The translations under genes were made by a program, and so were the position numbers. A DNA stretch of 64,000 bases. Origin: Alphaproteobacteria bacterium. GTDB lineage: Bacteria > Pseudomonadota > Alphaproteobacteria > UBA828. The notes beneath the pieces were generated by a model. That model ran no database searches. It was not told the DNA's origin and saw only the letters and a program-made list of their open reading frames with translations. This document shows positions 52,104-61,524 of the stretch, one piece after another (the stretch's first letter is position 1; each line of letters begins with the position of its first letter). The stretch covers positions 896,401 through 960,400 of the forward strand of contig CBDEUT010000009.1 in assembly GCA_965243375.1 (NCBI GenBank), read 5' to 3'.

Positions 52104-54452
52104 TTGAAGAGCCCCGACGAGCTCGCGCGGGAGATCGAGGTCCTGGAAGAACGCATCTCTGCCCTGAGCGCGGCGGTGCTCCGCCTCGGCTCGAGTCTCG
52201 ACCTCGCCACCGTGCTGCAGGAGGCCGCCGACAGCGCCCGCGCGCTCACGGGCACGCGCTACTGCCTCATCGTCACCGTGGACGAGGCGGGCGAGGCGCG
52301 CGAGTTCGTCAGCTCGGGCCTCACCCCCGACGAGCACCGCGAGTTAGCCGAGTGGCCGGACGGACGCCGGCTGTTCGCCCATCTCCGCGACCTGCCGGGA
52401 CCGTTCCGGCTCGACGATCTCTCCGGGCATATCCGCGCGCTCGGCTTCTCCGACGAGCTGGTGCGCACGAAGACGATGCACGGCACGGCCATGCGCCATC
52501 GCGGGGTGCAGGTGGGCAACTTCTTCCTCGCCGGCAAGGAGGACGCGGACGGGTTCGGCGCCGCGGACGAGGAGATGCTGGAGCTGTTCGCCTCGCAGGC
52601 GGCGGCGGCGATCGTCAACGCGCAGACCCACCGGCAGGAGCAGCGCGCACGGGCCGACCTCGAGGCCTTTATCGAGACCACGCCGGTCGGCGTGATGGTC
52701 CTCGACGCCGGCACCGGCCTCCCGGTGTCGTCGAACCGGGAGGCGCGCCGGCTCATCGAGCCCCTGCGCGCGCCGGACCGCCCCGACGAGGCGCTGCCGG
52801 AGATCGTGACTTGCCGGTTGGGCGACGGGCGCGAGATCGCCCTCGACGAACTCATTCTGTCGGACGAGATAAGGAACGCCGGGACGGTGCGCGCCGAGGA
52901 GATCCTGCTCTCGGCGCCCGACGGTCGCAGCGTCTCGATCCTGGTCAACGCCACGCCGATCTACGGCGAGGACGGCGAAGTGGCTGCCGTGGTCGTCACC
53001 ATGCAGGACCTCGCGCCGCTGGAGGAGCTGGACCGCCTGCGCACGGAGTTCCTCGGCATGGTGAGCCACGAGCTGCGCACGCCGCTCGCCGCCATCAAGG
53101 GCTCGACCGCCACGGTGCTCGGCGCCTCGCCGGCGCTCGACCCGGTCGAGCTGCACCAGTTCTTCCGGGTCGTCGACGAGCAGGCCGACCAGATGCGGGG
53201 TCTGATCGGTGACCTCCTGGACGCGGGCCGCATCGACACGGGCACGCTGTCGGTCTCGCCGGTGCCGACCGAGGTGCAGTCGCTGGTGGAGCAGGCCAGG
53301 AACGCGCTCCAGAACGGCGGCGCCACGCACACGGTCCTCGTCGACCTGCCGGAAGACCTGCCCCTCGTGCTGGCCGACGGCCCGCGCATCGTGCAGGTGC
53401 TGAACAACCTGCTCGCCAACGCCGCGCGGCACTCGCCCGGCTCTTCGCCCATCCGGGTCGCCGCGTCGCTCGACGGCCCGCATGTGGCGGTCGCGGTTTC
53501 GGACGACGGACCCGGGATTCCGGCGGAGCAGCTGCCGCGCCTGTTCCGGAAGTATGCCGCCCCCGGCGACGACGACGCGAAACGCGGTCTCCGGGGATCC
53601 GGCCTCGGGCTCGCCATCTGCAAGGGCCTGGTCGAGGCGCATGGCGGGCGCATCCGGGCCGAGAGCGGCGGGCCGGGCCGGGGCGCCCGCTTCACCTTCA
53701 CCATCCCGGCGGCCGAAGACTCCGCCCACGCGCCAGGAGCGGCCCGCGACCGCGCCCTGCCGGCCGGACGGAACGGCGTGCCGCCGGTCCTGGTGGTGGA
53801 CGACGACCCGCGCACGCTGCGCTTCGTGCGCGACGCGCTCGCCCAGGCCGGCTACGCGCCGCTCGCGACCGGCAACCCGGACGAACTTTCGCAAATCATC
53901 AGGTCTCAGCGTCCCTGCCTGGTCCTGCTCGACCTGATGCTGCCCGGCGCCGACGGCATCGAGCTCATGGAAACCGTACCCGAGCTGGCCGACCTGCCGG
54001 TCATCTTCATCTCCGCCTACGGGCGGGACGAGACCGTCGCCAGGGCGCTGGAGAAGGGCGCCGCCGACTACCTGGTCAAGCCCTTCTCGGCCACGGAGCT
54101 GACGGCGCGGATCCGGGCCGCCCTGCGCAGGTGGGCCGGACCGGAGACCTTCATCCTCGGCGATCTCGCCGTCGACTACGAGGAGCGGCGGGTCACCGTG
54201 GGCGGCCATCCGGTGGGCCTGACCGCCACCGAGTACGAGCTCCTGCGTCTGCTCACGCTGAACGCGGGACGGGTCTCGACCTACGAATCTCTGATCCGAC
54301 AGCTCTGGAACGGGCCGGACCCGGGCGACCCGGACCGGGTGCGCACCTTCATCAAGCAGCTGCGCCGCAAGCTCGGCGACGACCCGGCCCGGCCGGCCTG
54401 GATCCTGAACGAGCGCGGCGTCGGCTACCGCGTGCCGAGGCCGGAAGAGTAG
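52104..54452 (+). CDS. single-chain two-component system: GAF-PAS-HisKA-HATPase_c-REC-OmpR-type wHTH
   Basis: 782 aa; H-box GMVSHELRTPLAAIKGS, G2 box GSGLGLAICKGLVEAHGG, receiver VLVVDDDP...LLDLMLPGADG, C-terminal LTATEYELLRLLTLNAGRVSTYESLIRQLW trans_reg_C; TTG start inferred. Confidence 0.8.
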   Translation: MKSPDELAREIEVLEERISALSAAVLRLGSSLDLATVLQEAADSARALTGTRYCLIVTVDEAGEAREFVSSGLTPDEHRELAEWPDGRRLFAHLRDLPGPFRLDDLSGHIRALGFSDELVRTKTMHGTAMRHRGVQVGNFFLAGKEDADGFGAADEEMLELFASQAAAAIVNAQTHRQEQRARADLEAFIETTPVGVMVLDAGTGLPVSSNREARRLIEPLRAPDRPDEALPEIVTCRLGDGREIALDELILSDEIRNAGTVRAEEILLSAPDGRSVSILVNATPIYGEDGEVAAVVVTMQDLAPLEELDRLRTEFLGMVSHELRTPLAAIKGSTATVLGASPALDPVELHQFFRVVDEQADQMRGLIGDLLDAGRIDTGTLSVSPVPTEVQSLVEQARNALQNGGATHTVLVDLPEDLPLVLADGPRIVQVLNNLLANAARHSPGSSPIRVAASLDGPHVAVAVSDDGPGIPAEQLPRLFRKYAAPGDDDAKRGLRGSGLGLAICKGLVEAHGGRIRAESGGPGRGARFTFTIPAAEDSAHAPGAARDRALPAGRNGVPPVLVVDDDPRTLRFVRDALAQAGYAPLATGNPDELSQIIRSQRPCLVLLDLMLPGADGIELMETVPELADLPVIFISAYGRDETVARALEKGAADYLVKPFSATELTARIRAALRRWAGPETFILGDLAVDYEERRVTVGGHPVGLTATEYELLRLLTLNAGRVSTYESLIRQLWNGPDPGDPDRVRTFIKQLRRKLGDDPARPAWILNERGVGYRVPRPEE

Positions 54453-54596
54453 CGCGGGTCCTTCGAAGCCGACTCCGCGCCGGAGCCGTTTCCGAGGGTT
54501 CCCTGTGCCGGCCGTCGTCAGCGGCCCGATCTGACCGGCCCCGGCGATCGCGGCCCGGTGCGTCCCGCGGCTGACGCCGGTCCCGCTCCGCCCGCT

Positions 54597-55340
54597 TCAC
54601 TCTCCTTCGGCGCCCGGCAGCGCGACCGTCGCGCGCAATCCGCCTTCGGCGCGGTTCGCGAGCACGATGTCGCCGCCGTGGCCGCGCACGATGCCGCGCG
54701 CGATGGCGAGCCCGAGCCCGCTGCCCCCGGTGTCGCGGCTGCGCGACGCTTCGAGCCGCACGAAGGGCTCGAACACCCGCTCCAGGTCGGCGTCCCGGAT
54801 GCCCGGGCCCTCGTCCTCCACCACGACCCGGAGCTCGGCATCGCCCGGCTCGATCCGCACCGCCGCCCGCCCTCCGTAGGCGGCCGCGTTCTCCAGCAGG
54901 TTGCGCAGCGCCCGGCGCAGCGCCGCGGGCCGGCAGGCCACGAGCACCCGGCCGGAGTCCGCGACCGCGATGTCATGCCCGAGCTCGGCGAGATCGGCGG
55001 CGACGCTGTCCACGAGCGCATGCAGGTCGACGGTCCGCGTCTCTTCCCGTTGCATGTCCTCGCGGATGAACGCGAGCGCGTCCTCGGTCATCCGCTGCAT
55101 CTCGTCGAGAGCGGCGAGGATCTTGGCCCGCGTCTCCGGGTCTTCGACGAACTCGGCATGCAGCCGCAGGCTGGTGATCGGAGTCCGAAAATCGTGGGAG
55201 ACCGCCGCCAGCATGGCCGTACGGTCCCGCACGTAGCGGTCCAGCCGTGCGCGCATGAGGTTGAACGCGCGCACCGTCTCGCGGGTCCCCGCCATGGCCT
55301 GCCACAATTCCGCCGGTTCGCCGGCAAGGTTCTGCGACAA
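54597..55340 (-). CDS. histidine kinase lacking sensor/TM region (HAMP-tail + HisKA + HATPase_c only)
   Basis: 247 aa; AAVSHDFRTPITSL H-box, NLLENAAAYGG N-box, GGSGLGLAIARGIV G2-box; begins within a HAMP-like helix, so either a soluble kinase or a 5'-truncated remnant. Confidence 0.65.
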   Translation of the reverse strand: MSQNLAGEPAELWQAMAGTRETVRAFNLMRARLDRYVRDRTAMLAAVSHDFRTPITSLRLHAEFVEDPETRAKILAALDEMQRMTEDALAFIREDMQREETRTVDLHALVDSVAADLAELGHDIAVADSGRVLVACRPAALRRALRNLLENAAAYGGRAAVRIEPGDAELRVVVEDEGPGIRDADLERVFEPFVRLEASRSRDTGGSGLGLAIARGIVRGHGGDIVLANRAEGGLRATVALPGAEGE

Positions 55341-55403
55341 CCGGCGCCCATATTCCCGTCAGCCATCGACACCCGATGGGCGAACCGAAGCAGGAGATCA
55401 CCG

Positions 55404-55892
55404 ATGAGAACCAAGACGAAGACACTGACCGCCCTCGCCGTCGCCGCCGCCCTCGGCGGAACCGCACTGGCGGGAACGAGCTACGCCGGCCACCGCGACG
55501 GCGGCCACGGCATGGGCTTTCTCGACGAGGGGCCGCTCGCGGTCTCTGCGATGGAGATGTTCGACGCTGCCGACGCCGACGGCGACGGCAGGCTCACCCA
55601 GGGCGAGATCGACAAGCTGCGCAACGACCTGCACGCGGCGCACGACGCCGACGGCGACGGCAACCTCGACCTCGAGGAGTTCGAGGGGCTCTGGCACGAG
55701 ACCACGCGCCCGCTCACGGTGCGCGCCTTCCAGACGCTCGACACCGACGGCGACGCGGTGGTCACACGCGCCGAGTACGACCGGCCGCTCGCCGGCATCG
55801 TCGAGCAGCTCGACCGCGATCGCGACGGCAGCCTCTCCATGAAGGACCGCTGGCACGACGACGATGACGGAGGGTGGTGGGACGACGACTAG
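55404..55892 (+). CDS. secreted EF-hand calcium-binding protein
   Basis: 162 aa; signal peptide MRTKTKTLTALAVAAALGGTALA; three DxDGDG EF-hand loops (DADGDGRLTQGE, DADGDGNLDLEE, DTDGDAVVTRAE); AGGAGA RBS. Confidence 0.75.
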   Translation: MRTKTKTLTALAVAAALGGTALAGTSYAGHRDGGHGMGFLDEGPLAVSAMEMFDAADADGDGRLTQGEIDKLRNDLHAAHDADGDGNLDLEEFEGLWHETTRPLTVRAFQTLDTDGDAVVTRAEYDRPLAGIVEQLDRDRDGSLSMKDRWHDDDDGGWWDDD

Positions 55893-56089
55893 CACCGCTC
55901 ATGAATCCCCCGCGCCGTCCGGCGGGGAGCGACCTGCCGCCGGGCGGCGCGCGGAGAACCGGATCCGATCTCGAACCCCGGACACCTGTGACCCGCGCCC
56001 GCGCCCCGGTCTCGCAAGCCATGGTCCGGTGCCGTCCGGACCGGGACGGCCGAGTCCCGGTATCGCAGCCCTTCCGGAGGACCCCGTCG

Positions 56090-56632
56090 ATGACCGACGA
56101 GAGATACCACCTCACCGCCCGTCTCATTCACTGGATCATGGCGCTGGGCTTCGTCTTCATGTGGGGCTCCGGCTTCGCAATGACGAAGCTCGTGGAGGAC
56201 GACTCTTCGCTCGAGGAGCTGCTGTTCGGCCTGCACATTTCGGTGGGGGTAACGCTGCTCGCCCTGCTTGTCCTGCGCATCGCGATCCGCCTGGCCCACC
56301 AGCCGCCGCCGCTGCCGGCGACGATCCGGAGGGTCGAACGCACCGCCGCACATCTCGGCCATGCCGCGCTCTACGCGCTTCCCGTGCTGGTGATCGCAGC
56401 CGGCTGGGCGGAGACCAACTTCGGCGGCCATGCCGTGCAATGGTTCGGTGTCGAGTTGCCCCGAATCTTCCCCGAGACCGGGGAGGACCTCCAGGACCTG
56501 TCCGAGGACGTTCACATGTGGCTCGCCTACGGCATGCTGGCGGTCGCCGCCGGCCATGTCGCGGCGGCCCTCAAGCATCGCTGGTTCGACGGACACGACG
56601 TCATCCGCCGCATGACCTTCGGCGGCAGATAA
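56090..56632 (+). CDS. cytochrome b561 family protein (copy 1)
   Basis: 180 aa; ARLIHWIMALGFVFMW...HISVGVTLLALLVLRIAIRL...HLGHAALYALPVLVIAAGW...HMWLAYGMLAVAAGHVAAALKHRW, four-helix di-haem b561 pattern with conserved His. Confidence 0.8.
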   Translation: MTDERYHLTARLIHWIMALGFVFMWGSGFAMTKLVEDDSSLEELLFGLHISVGVTLLALLVLRIAIRLAHQPPPLPATIRRVERTAAHLGHAALYALPVLVIAAGWAETNFGGHAVQWFGVELPRIFPETGEDLQDLSEDVHMWLAYGMLAVAAGHVAAALKHRWFDGHDVIRRMTFGGR

Positions 56633-56799
56633 GGGGACGTCATTTCTGCGCCGGGAAGGCGACGGGCCATGCCATCACCGGAGCGCGTCGCCCTTGGACA
56701 GCGTCTCTCGCCCGAAGCGCTCGACCGCCTCCATTGTCTCGCGCACGTCGTCCCATGTCGTGGGGTGGTTGACGATGCACATCCTGAGCGCGAACGTGC

Positions 56800-57066
56800 C
56801 GGGATGAACCCAAAGGAGCAGGGATGATCGTTGCACAACGTGAACGGCAGAACCTCGCGCGAAGCCCTTACGATCACTTCCGCGGCCGGCCGTCCGGCCT
56901 CGGGCGGATCCTCCAGCAGCTGCTCTTCCAGGACCTGCTGGAACTCGCCGCCCTCCCAGGCATATTCCATGGGCAGTCGCTCAAACCGCTCCACCAAGAG
57001 TTCGAGCGCCTTTTGCCCGAGGTCGAGCATCCGTTCGCGTGATATCAGAAGATCGCTGTTGGGCAT
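56800..57066 (-). pseudogene. 5' fragment of a PLP-dependent (group II decarboxylase-like) gene
   Basis: First about 80 codons (...QQVLEEQLLEDPPEAGRPAAEVIVRASREVLPFTLCNDHP.SFGFIPA) resemble the N-terminus of pyridoxal-dependent decarboxylases; reading frame then degenerates and overlaps the cyt b561 gene. Confidence 0.35.
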
Positions 57067-57148
57067 GGTCTTCCTCCTTCATGGCGATCCCAGGCGCACA
57101 CAGCCGGGCGAATAAATCTGCTCCGTTCCTACGCCCAGGGAGAGCCGA

Positions 57149-57439
57149 TTAGTCGGTGGCACCTTGATAGCGCAGGCTGGCCTCGAGGGTGGTGATCCTG
57201 TTGTCGAGCTCGATGAGTGCGCCCCAGAGATTGATCACGTCCTCGTAGGCCGGCCAGCCGTCCTCGGTCGGGAAGGCGCCGCACTCCTCGGCGCTCTTCG
57301 GGGCAAAAAGCGCATCGTTCAACAGGGCCTGGGCTTGTTCGAGTTCGGTACGATACTTCGAGGCCACGGCGCGCAGATTCTCGCGCTTCCGGCGCAAGAC
57401 GGCCAGCTCCAGTTCATCGGTCAGGACACCATCGTCCAT
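57149..57439 (-). CDS. hypothetical protein (96 aa)
   Basis: Coding-like composition (MDDGVLTDELELAVLRRKRENLRAVASKYRTELEQAQALLNDALFAPKSAEECG...); no domain recognised. Confidence 0.4.
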   Translation of the reverse strand: MDDGVLTDELELAVLRRKRENLRAVASKYRTELEQAQALLNDALFAPKSAEECGAFPTEDGWPAYEDVINLWGALIELDNRITTLEASLRYQGATD

Positions 57440-57444
57440 ACTGC

Positions 57445-57840
57445 TCAGTCCGAAGGCCAGATCGCGCAGCCCATCCGGATGCAGTGGTGCGCGACGAGCA
57501 TCTCCACGGGCTCCTCGCGCAGTTCCGGGGCTCTCAGGTGCTGCGACTTATCCACCCGGTACGCGCGCAGTAGGCGCATCGCTTCCTGCTTGCTGAATCC
57601 GCCGCCCGGATCATGTGTGAGCGCGCCGCCGGCGAGCGGAGTGAGGGCTGCTGCGAGGGCGATCGGCCGCGCGAGGGCTTCGGGCCGTTCGCCCTGCGTC
57701 GCGGCCGACACCGGGCCGGCGTCAGGTTGCCGGACGTCGCGCCTCTGCTTCATGGCGCTACTTCGGTCGTTGTCCTGCTTCACCTCCTCGAGCCGGTTCT
57801 CCTCGACCGGCCGGAACGAAAACCGGTTCCCCAGGTCCAT
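57445..57840 (-). CDS. hypothetical protein (about 131 aa), immediately upstream of 57149-57439
   Basis: Internal ATG (MDLGNRFSFRPVEENRLEEVKQDNDRS...) of a longer GC-rich ORF; weak. Confidence 0.3.
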   Translation of the reverse strand: MDLGNRFSFRPVEENRLEEVKQDNDRSSAMKQRRDVRQPDAGPVSAATQGERPEALARPIALAAALTPLAGGALTHDPGGGFSKQEAMRLLRAYRVDKSQHLRAPELREEPVEMLVAHHCIRMGCAIWPSD

Positions 57841-58997
57841 CGCCTGGCGCCCATGCGACGCCCGGCCTGGCGCAGCGCGCATGCGCGTCCTTGCAGCCCA
57901 CATGCGCTGATTCGGCAGAAACTCAGGCCGGACTGTGCCCGAAGCGATGCAATCCCGGGCGCAGGAACAACGGTTTCTCATCCTTGCGTGGACCGGGCGG
58001 TACTTCGTCGGGCGCCGCCGGAGGCATGCCGCAAACAGCCACTGCCGACACTGCTGCACTCGCGAGCGCTCCGTTCGGTCTCCGGAATGGCATCCACGAG
58101 CTCGCAATCACGAATTCTCACTGTGACAGGCGTCCTTGCCGATCGCACCTTAGGCGTGTGTCCGTGAGATTTTTGTGAGTAAATTGACAGATATTATGCG
58201 GGTTACGGGGAATTCGGTGAGACGACTCGAGGTGTCCACCGCGCCCACCCCTGCCGCATTGCCCCTCGGGTCCGGGTGGGGGAGCAGTTCACTGACCTCT
58301 CCGTCGCGGCAGGTGCGACCGAAGGCACCGTGATACAGATGCCCGGTCCGGGCACCGGCAGGATGGCGGTGCAAACGGGCGGATCCACCTTGGACATCAT
58401 GACATCGTGGCGGCGCCCCCGAAACGCACACTATTTTGGCCATTTTACACACAATATACTCACATCTCTGCTGCTAACTAGCAGCCGTGGGAACACTCGA
58501 CATCCTGATCGACACCACCCGAATTCGAGGCAGCCCATGCGGCTCCAGAAACCGAACGTGGCGCACGTGAACACGGCCTTACCGGTAGCGCTTCCTCGAA
58601 ACGGCGCCATCAGCGAGAGCTGTGCCGGCCCGCTGCCGGCGGCGTCGCCGGCCAGGCGGTTGAGGACTTACCGCCCCGCCCATCGCGGCCCTTTGGTTCC
58701 TGTCCTCGGGGCCGCCGCGCCGACGGGAGACTGATCCTCGTGAGCTCCGTCGGCGTGCATCGGGGCCGGGTCGTCGAACGCGTCCTGCTTTCGACGGCCC
58801 GGCCGCTTTCATGGACAGACCGTGATGGGCGGCGGACACGACTGCGCCAGCAAAGCCGATCCGGCCCCATCCGCCACCAAGGCGAATATGGGCCCGCCTG
58901 AGTTGCGACTCGTGCGCGAGACGAGCGCCCAAGACCGCCGGCCGATCGGAGCTCTCGCGGCCGTGGCCGGTATCGCCGCCACCGTCTCGCACCGTCC

Positions 58998-59531
58998 GTG
59001 AAATACGCACTCCCCGCTCGCCTGATTCACTGGCTGATGGCGCTCGGCTTCCTGTTCATGTGGGTCTCAGGCTTCGCCTTGAACCAGGTCGTCGAGGACG
59101 AGACGCCCGTGGAGGATTTCTTCCGGGGCACCCACATCTCGATGGGAGTGGTCATGGCGGCGCTGCTGGTGATCCGGATCGCCATCAGGCTCACGCATCG
59201 CGCGCCGCCGCTCCCGGCCGAAATTCGCGGTCTCGAGCGCCGCACGGCCCACTGGGGCCATGCCGCGCTCTACGCGCTGCCGATCGTGGTGATTTGCATC
59301 GGGTGGGCTCAGGTGAAGATCGGCGACCACTCGGTGCAGTGGTTCGGCAGCGAACTACCCAGGGTGTTCCCGACGGCCGAGGCTTGGGAGGACTTCGCCG
59401 AGGGCGCGCACATGTGGCTGGCCTACGCGATGCTCGCCTTCGCCTTGGGGCATGTCCTCGCGGCGCTCAAGCACCGCTACCTCGACGGCCACGACGTAAT
59501 CCAACGCATGACATTCGGGAGAAGGCCATGA
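58998..59531 (+). CDS. cytochrome b561 family protein (copy 2, paralogue of 56090-56632)
   Basis: 177 aa; ARLIHWLMALGFLFMW...HISMGVVMAALLVIRIAIRLTHRAPPLP...HWGHAALYALPIVVICIGW...HMWLAYAMLAFALGHVLAALKHRY; about 60% identical to copy 1 by eye. Confidence 0.85.
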   Translation: MKYALPARLIHWLMALGFLFMWVSGFALNQVVEDETPVEDFFRGTHISMGVVMAALLVIRIAIRLTHRAPPLPAEIRGLERRTAHWGHAALYALPIVVICIGWAQVKIGDHSVQWFGSELPRVFPTAEAWEDFAEGAHMWLAYAMLAFALGHVLAALKHRYLDGHDVIQRMTFGRRP

Positions 59532-59746
59532 AGCGCACGATATTGGCCGCAGCGTTCATCCTCGTGGCGTCCGGCGCGGGCGCGGCGGGTGCCGAGTGGT
59601 TCACTTGTTCGGACGGCACGCTGTGTGCCGAGTTTCGCCTCAACGACCCGAAGTATAGGTGGCAGCTTGAGGAGCAATTCGCGAAATGCGAGCCGGGCCG
59701 AACATGTCCGAATGTACTCGCTTGCTGGGGCGAGATTGTAATGTAG
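59528..59746 (+). CDS. small secreted Cys-containing protein (72 aa), translationally coupled to cyt b561 copy 2
   Basis: ATGA overlap at 59528-59531; signal peptide MKRTILAAAFILVASGAGAAGA; four Cys. Confidence 0.5.
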   Translation: MKRTILAAAFILVASGAGAAGAEWFTCSDGTLCAEFRLNDPKYRWQLEEQFAKCEPGRTCPNVLACWGEIVM

Positions 59747-59889
59747 TGGTTCGAAGGAGAGAGGGCGGGTGAGTCGGAGATAATAGGGGAGGCAGTCTCG
59801 ACGGGTGATATCGTTGACGAAGGCGCATTCCGGCGCCAGTGCACCGACCTCGGCGGAACAATCGTCGAGCCGAATTAGGGGAGAGAACC

Positions 59890-60267
59890 ATGAAACGCAT
59901 CATCATCGCGGCTGCTCTTGCCGCCCTCATCGCCCTGCCCGGCATCGCCGCCGCCGAGCATCGCAGCGGCATCTTGGAAAACGTGATCTGGCCCTGCGTC
60001 GATCATGAGGTGCAGGAGCTGGATCTGCAGGAGCACCACGCGGCGCCGGCCGCGACCATCATGTTCGAGCTTGACCGCGACTACTACGAGGAAGTCATCG
60101 ACGCGGTGGAAGAGGCCTTCCGCGAGCATCCCACCGTCATCGCCGCGACCATCTACGAGGCTGGGCTCGCGGCCTGCGTCCAGAATCAAGGCTCGTGGGA
60201 GGTTGAGGTTGAACCGGAAGAGCCCATCAAGTGCGATGTGGGAAGCGATGTTGAGGGCTGTAACTGA
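59890..60267 (+). CDS. small secreted protein (125 aa)
   Basis: GGGGAGAGAACC RBS then ATG; signal peptide MKRIIIAAALAALIALPGIAAA; acidic mature part with four Cys. Confidence 0.5.
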   Translation: MKRIIIAAALAALIALPGIAAAEHRSGILENVIWPCVDHEVQELDLQEHHAAPAATIMFELDRDYYEEVIDAVEEAFREHPTVIAATIYEAGLAACVQNQGSWEVEVEPEEPIKCDVGSDVEGCN

Positions 60268-61524
60268 CGACTGGGGCTTCGCCTCGGTCCGCCGGGCCGC
60301 TTGGGCGGGCGAGCTTGAATGAACCACGTGCAAGCCTTCGTCTGTTTCCTGATAGGCTTGGCGCTTCTGACGGGCGGCATCGCGAGCGTGCTGCAGATGT
60401 TCGCGGGCAACGGATGACCGGATCGGGAGAGCTTGTGCTGCAGCGGGCCTCCCGGAGTCGCCCCGGTCCGTTCCCTGTTATAGGACCGGGGCGGCGTTCG
60501 ATCGGAGGAAAAGAGGAACTACGCTGAGGTGCTTGGCCTCAACATCGTCGGCCACATTCCTTCGAGTGCCGTGCAGGCGAGACTGCGCTTCACGATAGAG
60601 AATACTCCCGATGACGAGGTAGCGCTGGTCATGATGCTGTCGCCTGAGCTGGCGAGCGCCCTCGCGGAAGACTTCACGGCGCTGCGACGGCTACGGCCCG
60701 CGAAGGGGCTCGATGCGTGATTGGGCCGACCTGATCTGCGTGGCCGAGGTCGCCACGGCTGTCGCGATCATCGTCAGAATCGTGGCGTTGTAAGGGAGGA
60801 GAGAAACGTGACCCGGGAGGAGGCCCGGCCCCTTGATGTACCTGCGGTCGACGACAAAGCGGACATCGAGCCGCTGATCGATCAGCGGATGCGACCGCAC
60901 ATTTGCTCCGGGAAGTTGGGGTCGATTTTCCACGCTTTACAACACGCTGGTGCACCTCGGAATGCAAGTTCGGACCGACCGAACGGGAGCTGCGCGGCTA
61001 TCTCAAGGCCCCTCCGCGCTTCGGCGGCCGGCTCGTCAGCGCCATGGGCAATGAGCGCGCGTAGGAAAGCCCGGCACGCGCAAGGAAGGCGAGAACGCGA
61101 TCATGGTCGTGGTCGGCCTGCACATCGTCGGCGCGCTCAACAGGCACTTCGTCGCCCGGGCGGACGTGTTGCGCCGGATACTCAGGACGGAACGATGAGT
61201 TGGATCCTTGTGGTGCGTGCCGCCTCGGTCGCCGTCATCATCGCGCCGCGCGGTCCCGGGCTGCATGGCCCGGATCGTGGATCGTACCACCCGGCCGATC
61301 GCTGTCGGGATCCGGGCCGTCGGCGAGCGCGGTTGAGCATGCGCTGGCTCATGCTGCCGACCGTCTCCTGGCTGAGCACGCCGAATAGCAGCGCCAGCGC
61401 TGGGAGGAGATCTGAGAAGTGGGCGCGGCAGCCTGGATGCCGTGCCCGAACCCGCTCGGCACCATCGAGAACAGGCCAAAGTCCACTTCACGGCAGAGAG
61501 TAACGACACAAAGGATCTCACGAC

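Noticed and set aside
60319-60417. 32-codon hydrophobic peptide ORF (MNHVQAFVCFLIGLALLTGGIASVLQMFAGNG) and the GTG-start ORF 60529-60720
   Set aside because: They are too short, with weak translation signals. They could be real small membrane peptides or regulators, but evidence is insufficient to call them.
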